Of a DNA stretch of 64,000 nt, positions 1 to 11,325 are shown in pieces (position 1 is the first letter of the stretch; every line of letters begins with the position of its first letter). The notes beneath the pieces are model-generated. The model was not told the DNA's origin. It did not search any database and worked only from the letters and a program-made list of their open reading frames with translations. The position numbers and the translations under genes are program-made. This stretch comes from Flectonema sp. DT1601 (taxonomy: Eukaryota): NCBI GenBank assembly GCA_964019425.1, contig OZ025786.1, positions 868,001 to 932,000 of the forward strand, written 5' to 3'.

Positions 1-16
1 TACTTTGACGGTGCTT

Positions 17-905
17 TCCCTAAAGAGATACTCCAAAGGAAAGCAACGAGTCAGTTGGTACATAAATCCGTTTTGAGAAGCTGAATGATATGTCGTTTGC
101 ATCCCAAAGAAAAACTCCACGGGTGTGATAAACGTCAGACCTAAACTAATCAAAAAGGGACAGATGCGTATCGTAGATGATCAAATATAAGTTGTAAGTT
201 CTGTTCCATCCCAAAGAGAAACTCCACGGGATAGGCAACGAACCTGTCTGGCAATAATCAGAATTAAGGAAGCAAAAAAAAAAAAAAAAAAACTAAAAAC
301 TAAATAAATAAATAATTATACAGAGCCGACGCAATCGCTCGCTGAATTGTTTTTTTTTTTTTTTTTTTGAACTTTTCATCCCAAAGAAGAACTCCACGGG
401 AATAAGCTCACAAGCAAGATTTATTTTTTCTATTCTAAATTCAACACAAGATACTTGCGAGTATTTATGAGAGGAAGAAAAGAAAAAAAGGGAAAAGTGA
501 GGGCGAATTTTTTTTTTTTTTGATTGTGCAGAAGAATCTCTGCTCCCGAATTCCAAGGAAATATTTTACCTGTTGTCAAATTATGTACATTTCAATCTAT
601 TTGAGAAATTGCCAAACGGAGAGTCTTTTTTTTTTTTAATATCGAAGGCTTTAAAAAATCAGAACATACCAGTATGTCAGCGAGAGGTTCGTTCGACATG
701 AACTGGGTCTGTCAAGCACAACTTCAACGAAAAAAAAGAATACACCCCCCAGGAACGCTACGACGTTCGTTATGTATATATCGTTGAAAAGACAAGAAAA
801 AAATCCAAGAAGAAAGGATGAGTGCGATTTATATTTTAGTTAGTAGCTTATAAATCGACTCATAAAAACACCGTCGGCGATATTCCATACCGAAGAACTC
901 GGTAT
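17..905. repeat. Dispersed array of a ~23-bp motif ATCCCAAAGA(G/A)AAACTCCACGGG
   Basis: Near-identical copies at 101-123, 208-231 and 378-401; degenerate copies at 17-41, 544-560 and 885-905. Confidence 0.7.
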
Positions 906-1015
906 AGAATATGCATTTAAGTAGGAAATAATATAATAAATGATTGTAGAGAATCACACAGACAGACTGATGATGATGAATAAGATAACGTTCATCATCT
1001 TCTGTTGGTGTTGTT

Positions 1016-1314
1016 CTATTCTGATGAGCAGTCAGACGTAGACGATGAATCATCCAATTCAAATCTAACTCTTTGGGTAATCGTAATCACTTCTTCTCCT
1101 CTTGTTCTTACAACTACTCTCTCAGTTGGAATAACTGGGTTTAATCCCTTTAAAGGGACTGCTCTCTTCTTTATCTTCTTGGTTCTTGGCTTCATCGATT
1201 TTGGATTCCTCGAAGACAAATATCTGTTCATAAGTTCATCGACTTCTGTTTCCATATTACCTTTGCCCTTACTCTGGGACAAGAAACACTGGTGGCTTGA
1301 TGATGTAGCACCCA
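1016..1314 (-). CDS. Small basic hypothetical protein (likely start MGATSSS)
   Basis: ORF on the gene-bearing strand with coding-like composition; no recognisable domain. Confidence 0.4.
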
Positions 1315-1342
1315 TTTGTTTTTGTTTTTTTTTATGTGTGTT

Positions 1343-1880
1343 TTTGAAAAACTTATAAAAATAGAGGGGGTGAAACTTTGACAATGTGAAAACAGTAACA
1401 ACTTTAGATATTAAAGAAAAAACAAAATTAATATCAAGTACTTGACTGAAAAATATTTGTAGTTGTTAATCAAAGAAAATTACCTTTAGAAAAAAGAGAA
1501 GATAAAAAAGAAAAAATATAAAGAGATAATAACTACATTTTTTTGTCTTATTGACCAGAAAACGTTGTCGAATTTGAAAAACTTATAAAAATAGAGGGGG
1601 TAACTTGATACTAATATTAAATGGAAAGCAACTTGAAACTGGCAAAAACGGGAGGGGGGGAAAAAAAAGGATATTATTATACCAAACTATTAACGAACCA
1701 TGTCGACTATATTGATCAGCTCTGTATAGATATTGAGGTACTATTAATTTTAGAACAAAAAAAGTGAGAATATGAAAAGTAGAGATTAGTAAAAGAAAAG
1801 TATTCATTTCCACAGTTTCCTAACATCAAAAGGGTAATAGAATATGTAGTTTCAGGAGCCTTAATCTTATACTACTTGTC
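1343..1880. repeat. Fragments of dispersed repeat family X
   Basis: aaaatagagggggtgaaactttgacaatgtgaaaacagtaacaactttag recurs at ~55388-55440; gtagtttcaggagccttaatctta recurs at ~28890; local duplication at ~1574-1605. Confidence 0.6.
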
Positions 1881-2496
1881 CCTTTTTAGGCCTTCATCAG
1901 TAAGTTCTAAGGGACTTCATTCTATGTTGAAGTTGCTATTGTTCTGAGATAAAAATCCATCAGGGTTCATATTGATAAGTTCCTGTACAGATTTTGAGTT
2001 ATTTAAGACTATCTAAAAATATACACTCATACAATATAAGCGTTACTTACCACTTGTCTCGGTCAAGCAGAGTCGTCAAAAGAAAGAAAATTGACTTTTA
2101 ACCCACTGGAAGAAAATAATTAACTAAAAGGGAATAGTTTTTTTTTTTTTTTTTTCAAAAAAAAAAAAAAAAAATGCAAACGAAACAAAAAGAAATATCT
2201 ATTTTTTTTTTTACTTAAGGAAGGGCATAATAGAAAGAAGAAACAGACAAATAAAAATACAAAAAAAAAAAAAAAGAAAAACAGGAACCCAATTAAATTA
2301 GTTCTCTTTTTTTTTTTTTTTTTTTTTTACAGCGGACATGACAGAGATTGAAATCCGCCGACATCACTGGAATAAAACATAACTTAAAAGATCTATTTTG
2401 GGGCAACAAGCGAAGGATGCTCGCACGCCCTCTGTAAAATTCTCATATCAGATAACTACTAGAACTGTGTTCCCACTTGGGTGGTCTTAATTAACA

Positions 2497-3717
2497 TCAT
2501 CCAAAATCCGACCGACGTGGTTGCTGCACACTCGCCGACAAATTAGAGTCAACTCGATTAGTCTGTAATTAGTTATTGTGCTGAGTCGTGGATTAGTTTA
2601 ATGTTTTATTTTTTTTTTAATGGAAACCATTCAGATAAAGCAGCCTTATATATTTTTGTTGATCGCAGCCAGTTTTACTGGCTGCACGGGAAAAATAGAT
2701 AACATGACAATAATAAATAAAACGGCTCTTAATCTGAATAGTTTCTTCTCCGACTTTGTCGGTGCAACAAAAAAAAAAAAAAGCAAAGCATACATTCGCA
2801 TAAATAGCAGATGGGGCTGAGGAAGCGGTTGGTCTAAATGACGTATTCGGAACGGCGCCAAGCTGATGCATTGGATTTGCGTCACTTATAAGAGGTGGTT
2901 CATCACGAAGAGAGTCTTTAATCTCACTTAACATTTCCTGAGCAACTATCTCGATTTTACTTTGGTCTCTATAATTATTTTTACGCAATGCGACGATTGA
3001 ATACAAAGACAACCAGGCACGTCTTACTCTTGGAAAAGGATGGTAGTAGTAACCAGCCGTTCGCTGAATATATAAATAGAATGTTAAGGCGTGGACAAGC
3101 AACACAACTCCCCAGGCAAAAAACATCGCAACGAACGGCTGTGCAGCCCACAAATGACGGTCATTACTCCCAGGAGAACAACCTTTTATGTAATTTGATA
3201 TGATGTCGCATCCAGCTTGTGGTTGTTCAAGAGAGACGATTGCCCAAATAATTAAAACAATTTCCAACAACATGAGAAAGCCTTTTGGTATAACAACAAG
3301 TCCCCATGCTAATTCGTGTATGTTTCGATCGAAAAGAACTTTGTTACCAAGAGATGCGAAAACAGCTCCACCATTCACCCACATAGACCTTCTGACTAGT
3401 GCAGCCGTATAAGCCATTAACGCTGAGCGAGTCTCACTGTCTAAATTTATCAAAACATCGTAACTTGATATCCGTAGTGTTGCGGAATGTGAGCAGGTAC
3501 CTAACTCCGTTGATAGTTGTGAATCTAATTTAAAGTCTCCAGGTATCCAGAAAGCCCCATCAAGTGACCTCATCGCAGCATCATGAACCCTCGTCACAGT
3601 AACAGCGAAACATAAAAAAACTCCAGTGAAGACGATGAGATTCGTTCGTTTTAAAATTTGTTTTTCAATACGAGGTCTGTGATTGACGCTAAAAACTTGT
3701 TCTGGTGTCGTGAACAT
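2497..3717 (-). CDS. Multi-pass membrane hypothetical protein; probable 3' intron 2563-2793
   Basis: Long ORF with 3-4 hydrophobic segments; GTATGC donor at 2793 and a poly-T tract; candidate last exon TNRVDSNLSASVQQPRRSDFG*. Confidence 0.65.
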
Positions 3718-3854
3718 TATCTCCTGTTAGAAGCAATAAAAATAATAACACATAGTCAAATTCACTTTCTATAACGTCATGTATGAAGACTTCTTGGTGA
3801 TGTACAAATAGCCAAGGGGGGAAAGGGTGAGTGGAGGAGAGAGAAAAAAAAAGA

Positions 3855-3890
<36 letters not shown>

Positions 3891-4273
3891 GTTTTTTTTT
3901 TTTTTTTGAAAAAACTTTTATAAAAAAAAAAGCAAAACAGTATAAAAATAACGCTAAAAAAATAAAATAAAAATAAATAAATATTGGGTGATTGTGAACA
4001 GTGGTTCCATACAACACACACACATTAAAGAGAGCTTAACTGATGTGTACATGGCAACCACTGAGAGGGTGTATTTTTTTGTTTCTTGCAGTAATCCTGG
4101 AAAAGCTTACATCGGCATTAAGAATAACAACTACGGATGTCACACTCTCAGAGAGGCTCACAAGGTACCAGTCATTAAGTACCACAATCGTGAGAACTTC
4201 TCACAAACGAGAAGAGACGTAAATAGCGTCATCGTAGCCCTTTAAAAAAGTGTAAATTATTTATTATTTTTTT

Positions 4274-4304
<31 letters not shown>

Positions 4305-5059
4305 GCTTTTAACATTGTATAAAAAATAATCCGACGAGTGCCACAAGTGTAGATGGGCAAACTTTTTGGAGGGGAAATTTGTTGTTCACTTCAGAACACT
4401 GTGTAATTTTTTATTTTTTTTTAATTTCGTTCTTTTTTTTCAATTCCGAAAAAACCGAAACCCAGGAAAAAAAAAACCCAGACTGCGTAGACTATCTAAC
4501 AACAAGTACGAGAGGGGGAAATATTTCATTTCTTTTTTTAAAAAAGAAAAAAAAAAAGAAAAAACATGTACCTGACCCACCGAATCAATTTAGATTGGAA
4601 AACGTAATTTCAGGTTCAATTTTTTGCTGCCCGAGTACTCTCTTATTCTGATTTATTTATCTTTCTTTCTTTCTTTTTTTTTTTTCGTTCCAGGATTTCT
4701 TGTTAAAGAAATCCACACAACAATAAGTCACGCTCCTACAGGGTGAAAAATACGCGGCGTTTATCTTCCTAGCATTATGAACAAAATGAGGCAGGGGCCA
4801 GGGGCCACCTCTGGGCAATGCTATCCGACAAGCGTACTGCGTGAGGCACCAACCAAATGCCAGCAAAGAGTGGGATTCTGATTCGACGAGAAACTGGGGG
4901 AGCGGGCAATAGTAACGTCATGGTTCTGGTATCTCTATTCTCATCATCAGTTCGGTGTTGAAATAATTCCTTGGTGAGGATGGGAAGAAGAAAAAAAAGA
5001 AATTAAAAACACATGCCAAATCTCTATAGCAAGTAACTTCCTTGAGAGGACACGTGTAG

Positions 5060-5349
5060 CGGCTAAGAAACTTTGACATCACTCGCTCTCGTGAAGTATT
5101 TGACAAGGCGGTCCTCTCAATTAAAATAGTTCTTCCACTCTGGCTCGAATATTGAATAGAAAAGAAACTCAAAGAAGTCGACAGAGCCCGCTGCCTCTTT
5201 GAACACTCATCTCAGTACATTGACCCACGTAAATCAGCAGCAGTATAGCAGACGAATTCTCTGAAACTTGGACAACATTTGAACAAGATCATGGAAACAT
5301 TACAACTATTGCTAAGATGTCAGGTGTTCGTCGTACTGTAAACAAATGA
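5060..5349 (+). pseudogene. SYF1/XAB2 (HAT-repeat splicing factor) C-terminal fragment, disrupted
   Basis: Translates as ITRSREVFDKAV...LWLEY*IEKKLKEVDRARCLFEHSSQYIDPR / DEFSETWTTFEQDHGN...MSGVRRTV, matching SYF1 'EIDRARAIY..SQ..DPR..FW..W..FEV.HGN..M..RRSV'; contains stops and a frameshift. Confidence 0.75.
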
Positions 5350-5980
5350 TATGCGAACCCAGTCCTTGAGAAGGCTGCCAGAGTTGCACGCGAAGCCCGT
5401 GCAGCCAGAGCGGAAGAGGAAAAGAAAAAGAAACCTTCTTCCAGATGTTAGCGAAAAAATGAAGCGGAATAATCTTTGCAATAGAAAAAAAATAGGAAAA
5501 AAAAAGTAAATAAATAATGCGGAAAGTGTGCCACCAATTGTCTTCACTATTTTGGGGTAAGAAAAAAATCAGTCAGAATATCAGGTGATCGCCGCATATT
5601 GTGGAAAAGAAAGAGATTTTTTTTTTTTTATATATTTTGCTAGAACGGAGCGAATGTACAAGAAAGATAAAATACAAGGCTTCCTCCTTCCTTTCTCAGT
5701 TAGGTAGCAAGTCCATAACTGATGACTGCTGGGGGGTCTGGGTAATCCGCACCAGTGGAGACCTACTCAGAAGATAAAACACAATGCTTTCTTTAAACAA
5801 AAACAAGTTTCAAAGGGGTAATTTGATACTGCATTTTCAAGCTCAAAGGGGGAAAAAGAAAGAAAAAAGCGAAAAAATACAATCATCTGCGAGAAATAAA
5901 AAATATCTTCGTCAACTTATTAAATATGGTGATGAAACACATGAAAAAAAGAGTAAAATCAACAACAATGATCACCCCAT

Positions 5981-6013
<33 letters not shown>

Positions 6014-7377
6014 AAACAAATAAATAAATAACGAATTCCAAATAACACTTTCTTTTTTTTCTGTTTTTTTTTGTTTGTTTTCATTCATTCCATTGCACAC
6101 TAGACTCGCTTGTCTCTTGTCAATGATATAAACCAAAACGAACGAATTTCAAAGAAGTTTTTTTTTTTTTTTTTTTTTTTTTGGTTCAAGCCTCCCGTTC
6201 TTTACCCAATAATCAATATTCTTCTAAAGACAATGTCATACAAAAAGAAATACAACGTCTGCCCTCCCGAAGGGGGGTTTCAATGTTTGAATTTGCAAAC
6301 ACAATTGCATTGTATTTTTCATATTAACAGGACACAGTGACTACGGTAGGGTGATGGTATCCTCCTTTCGAAGGGAGGGTGTGAAAACTTTTTTTCTTGT
6401 TAATCAAAGAAGAATTGTCGAATCTGGTAATTTAAGAAAAACACACACACACAAGGTATGACTTCACAAAGACATACAAAAAAAAAAACCGATAAATCCG
6501 AACACAAAACCTCTACCCCTCCCGAAGGGGGATAATTGTTTTAATTTTTGCAAAGCAATGCTGCTGTATACCTCGTTTATAATTTTATTTTCTCATCATA
6601 ATTAGTGTGGTATAGAAAAATGTCAGTCAACAAAGAAAGGGGCTCAGAGAAGCGGGGAAGAAGGGGAAAAAAAAAAAAAAAAGTATGGGAAATATTGTTG
6701 TAGCACTATGAGGCAAGCCAACTAATAATCAAAATAAATAAATAAAAAAAAAAATCAATTCAATTCAAACATACTTCGGGGCAAAAAAAAAATAATAATT
6801 TTTTTTTTTTTTTTTGTTTCCCTTTTTTTTTTTCCTCCTCACTAATATTGACATAGCAGCAAAGTTGGTAAAAAAAAAAAAAAAAAAAAAAAAAAGAATC
6901 CATATCCCAAAAAGTTATGTTCGCGTTCATGTTTTTTTTTTTTTTTTTTTGTACAGCAACCCAATAAATATTAGGAATAGCAGAAGGGGAAGAATAAAGA
7001 GAGGAAAAAAAAAAAACGTGTAGAGAAAAAAGAAAAAAGATCAACAACAAAAAAAAAAAAAAAAAAAAAAAAAAATTCAGACTCACGTTTCTGTAACGCC
7101 TTAGGAAGAGAAAAGAAAAAAAAGCGAAACAAATCAAACAACAATGGAAAGAGGAGCATTAATCCATCCTTCGATATCAACGTCAACACCATCTCTGAAT
7201 GGGAAGGTGAGGATGCATCACGTAGCTAACATTAAATGCGAGAAAAATATTCACATCATCGAGCGGAGAGTATATGAAAATTTGCTGGTGAGTGTGGCGG
7301 GGACATCACTGTGTGTTTTTTTTTTTTTTTTTAATTTCATCAAAAAAACAGTTTACGCATACGTTCTTTAAAAAAGA

Positions 7378-10084
7378 CTAAAAAAAACACATACTTGGGG
7401 AGTCAAGTGGCGGTGGTCCTCCGCTTGGAGATACGGGACACACGTTATAACCTTGTGCACTCATATTAGGATAGCCATAACAACGACTGTGTGTAGTTGT
7501 GTGTGTTATTGAATTTCCTAAATTTAAAAAAAAAATAAAAAAAACATACCCATCAACCTGCACATTTGGTGGAAAAGGCAACTGCTGTCCTCGAGTGACA
7601 CTTGGGCTAGCCTGCTGCATTAAGTGAGGATTATTCATTTGAAGGTGGCTGTAATGACTGTACGGCACAGGTGGTGGTGGTGGATATGAAGGCATCTGTT
7701 GAGGCATCGGAGGAATATTATTAGAATTTGAGTTAACGAGATTGATATTAGCCGGCAGGGGAACCTGGTGTTGGGTTTTCATTAGACTTTCAATTCGTTT
7801 TTGTTTATCTTCTAATTCCTTACGCTGAGCTTCAATCTGATCGTGAAGTTCTGCTATTGCTTGAGGGATTCCGTTATTCGAACCTAACACACCAATAGCT
7901 GGTGCACTATGACCAATATTTTGAATACTAGTTGACTGCGGACTAACGCTATCAACAGCAGCCTGATTAGTTCCAACATTACTAGAGGCTTTCATGATTC
8001 CCTTTAGTGGTTTTGGATTTGTTGTTGGTGCGACTGGTGGTTTTCCTAAGCAGGGAGATGATACTTTAACTGGTGAAGTCATTGCTTGGATGTCTTCATC
8101 ATCTGAATCAGAATACTCAACGTCAACTTGAGTGTGTTTGACTTCGGGGTCAAGAGGTAATCCACTTTTAGGAACTTTTTGAAATTGAACTCGTTTCGTG
8201 TCACCACTTTCAAGTGATTTCAACTGTAGTTCTAACTCAGGAAGTGATCTAACCTTTGCTAGCTCTGCTTGTGATAAGACTTTCCCCTGACGTTGTCTTT
8301 CTAAATGGTAGTTCACAAATCTAATCTTCTTTCTCAAAGATCTCATCGTCTTGAATCTCTTTTCTGATTCTGAACTAAAAGTCATCGGCTGTTGTTTTTT
8401 ATTTAAAAATTCCAACTCATCGACAGCCAATTGACATTTTTGATACTCAACCTCAGCCTCTTGTTGTTTCTCAAGTATCTGTAACTCATTCTGCATGAAT
8501 GGTAAACTACGAACTCGTTGTTTCTCTGCGTTATTCAAATCTCGTCCTTTACATTGTCTTTGTAAGAAGAAGTTTATGTATCTAATTTTCTTTTTCAATC
8601 CCCTGATTTGTTTAGCTCTCTCTTGAATGATACGGAGATCACCCCTGACGGATTCGCTGTTGTGATTTTGTTTGATTTTTGTTGTTACTTTTTTTTCTGT
8701 TTTCTGTTTTCCGAAAAATATAAAAGTCTTGCAGACCTACTGACCACGATATTCGCACTAATTGGTCGAGGCGAACTGTGGGAGAAAAGCCTGCAGCAGG
8801 ATGGGAGCACATGGACGGGATGTGATGTGGTGAGTGGAAAAAAAAAAAAAAAAAAATTGATCTAGAAGACAATTCTGACTCAGCTGTTGCATCCTGTACA
8901 CAGCAGTGCCTTATCAAGTCTTCTTGAAAAATGATACCAAAAAGAAATGAAACCACATACTCATACTGCATCAATGATTCATCATCATCTATAGAAGTAC
9001 TACCCGAGATAGAACTATCATTTCTTGACATTATTGAAGAACTTTTTGATAAAGTTTGATCACTATGTTGAGAATGCATTGGCAACGGTTTTGAAATATT
9101 AACAGGAGTTATCTTTGCTTCGTAATTCATTGCCATACCCGACTGAGGTAATACAGATTTAATCGAAACAGGGATAGGTGAGTATTGAGACTCTGACAAA
9201 AGAGCATCATTCTGAACCTGCCTCCAGTTATGTTCAGTTGGTGAAGCTGGATACAAATCCTCAGTAGGATCAACGTAGGGACCATGAAGTTCTTTGTGGG
9301 TTTGATAGACGAATGTTGAATACTTTGCTTCTGGGTCATCTGCAAAAAAGATTTTGTGAAGCCGTTCACCTAGATGGGTGTTTCCGTTGGTGTCATCAAT
9401 CCATATCTGTAAACTATCACCTTCTTCACGTGTAGATAAAACAACACCACAAACATCACTTGTACAGAACTCTTGAATCTTATCAGCTATAAGAACTAAC
9501 GCCATGTCTGTCCATAGTCCTTTTCTCAAATGAGTTGGAACATTTCTGACTACCCACTTACCACCATTAATATTCTTTGGATCATCCCACAATGGTTTGA
9601 CCCCTTTTCTAAATATTCTCAGATTGCAATGATGTTTTAAGCTTTCTACTCGTAGGGTTTGCCAGTATGACCAAAATCCGTTAACAGACTGAAATGATCC
9701 AAGCTCAACAATACAGTCTTCGTAGAGAGTGCTGCCTTTTGATTCACTTTTTGTTATTTTATCGAACCATATTGTCCATTCATGTGTTAGTAGGACATTC
9801 GGTCCACTAGCTTTGTTGTTCTTTGGAGATAAAGCACTCGCTCGTAGCTGATTAAGAACATCTTGGTTTTCATGAGAGTCCACATTTGGTGTTGAAAAAC
9901 TTCTTCCAAAGACTAATTCTGAGCTTTCTTCACCAGCAGCTGATCCTGTTAGTGTCGAAGACGACACTCTTGGTGTTAAGTCCATATCAAATGATTCATT
10001 CAAGTCTCCGCTACTTTGTTGAGTCAAACTTGCTGGACTGGAATCACATCTCTTGAGGTCCATCATTTTTTCTTTGTTAGTCAT
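7378..10084 (-). CDS. Large eIF4E-family cap-binding protein with two eIF2A/PYM-like C-terminal helical motifs and a Pro/Gln-rich tail (spliced; joins ORFs 8639-10084 and 7378-8598; 3' end uncertain)
   Basis: eIF4E core motifs LTHEWTIWFD, SVNGFW, FRKGVKPLWDDPKNINGGKW, GVVLSTR, LQIW; GTATGT donors at 8960, 7549 and ~7395; 63-nt in-frame intron 7487-7549. Confidence 0.75.
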
Positions 10085-11325
10085 CTTTGTATTGCGTAAG
10101 AGTACTTAATACGAAAAGATATAAAAAAAAAATCTCTTTTTTTTAAATTTTAAAAAAAAAAAATCAACAAGCCTTTGCTGATAACATACAAATCCTGTAT
10201 TTGAAAGTAGACCATATAATCGGAGCAAAACAACGACGTAACAACTGTCGACTCATGACGCATGGGGATGTTTAAGTTAAGCGGCTAGATAATAGAATCC
10301 AAGACAAACAAAGAAAAGAAAAAAGAAAGACTGACAACATCAATATAAAGGAGTAAATAATTACTTCTTTTTTTATATATATTTTTCTCTAAAAGAGCGA
10401 GGGTAGATTTTTTTTTTTTTTTTTTTTTCTCCTCATTCTTGCTTTTTTTTTCTCATCGTAACGGAACACAGACGAAAAACAGTTGAGATTTGGGTTAAAA
10501 TTCCTCACTTGAACCTTAATTTCCTTACTCAACTTAAGCAAAAAAAAAAAAAAAAAAAAAAAAAGCGATAAAAGAGTAATCTCACGTAGAGCAGATCTAC
10601 GGTTGTGAAAGCATGGACCTAATGACAAGGGACGAAGCTGACGGTGATAGAAGAAATTACCACAAGCTTACTGTATCATCACCGCATGTTGTGACAGCAG
10701 CTAGACGAACAAACGAACATACCAAAATTTAGAAAACCAAAAAAAAATTCAAAAACCATTCAGAGTAACCTTATATTTCGTTGAACGCACAGAATCCTGT
10801 CGCACGGGGAAAAATAAATCATGACTATAAGAAATAACGGCTTTCAATCTGAATGGTTTCTTCTCCGACAACATCGGTATAAAAAAGAAAGGGGGGAAAA
10901 AAAGAAAAAAAGAATTAAACAAAAAGGCTTTAGAACAATTATTGCTCAGCACAATAGTAAAAAGGTTTCTTTTTTTTTTTCCCTTTTCTTGGTAAACTTT
11001 TGGCTAGATAATAAACCAGTATTGTGTTCTCCGAGAGAACCCTTCCAACAGAGAGGTTTCAAAAGCAAAATGAAAAAAGAATAATAAATTCCTCCTCAAG
11101 GATGAAGCCAGATCTCCTCAGAGCCTGGCACGGATTATGGAAAAATAGGTTTTTTTTTTTTTTTTTTGTATAAAAAATAAAAAAAGGGGAATAGAGAGAG
11201 AAAAAAAAAAAGGCAACTTGTACTTCAGCAGACCTGAGCTGTTTCCCTTCTAAGTTGGTACCACATGTTGCTTCAGACAACTCTTTTAATAAGACTAAAC
11301 CAACAGGTATCTGTTTATAGATAAT

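Noticed and set aside
17..560. CRISPR array interpretation of the 23-bp motif
   Set aside because: Spacers are long and irregular, there are no cas genes, and the context is eukaryotic
968..1024. C/D box snoRNA (ATGATGA...CTGA)
   Set aside because: The C box comes from a TGA microsatellite, the D box overlaps a probable CDS end, and no guide complementarity was recognised
4780..4990. Possible RT remnant (FDEKL-like)
   Set aside because: Similarity too short to support
293..7371. Many short poly-K/poly-F ORFs here and throughout the window
   Set aside because: Translations of intergenic homopolymer tracts
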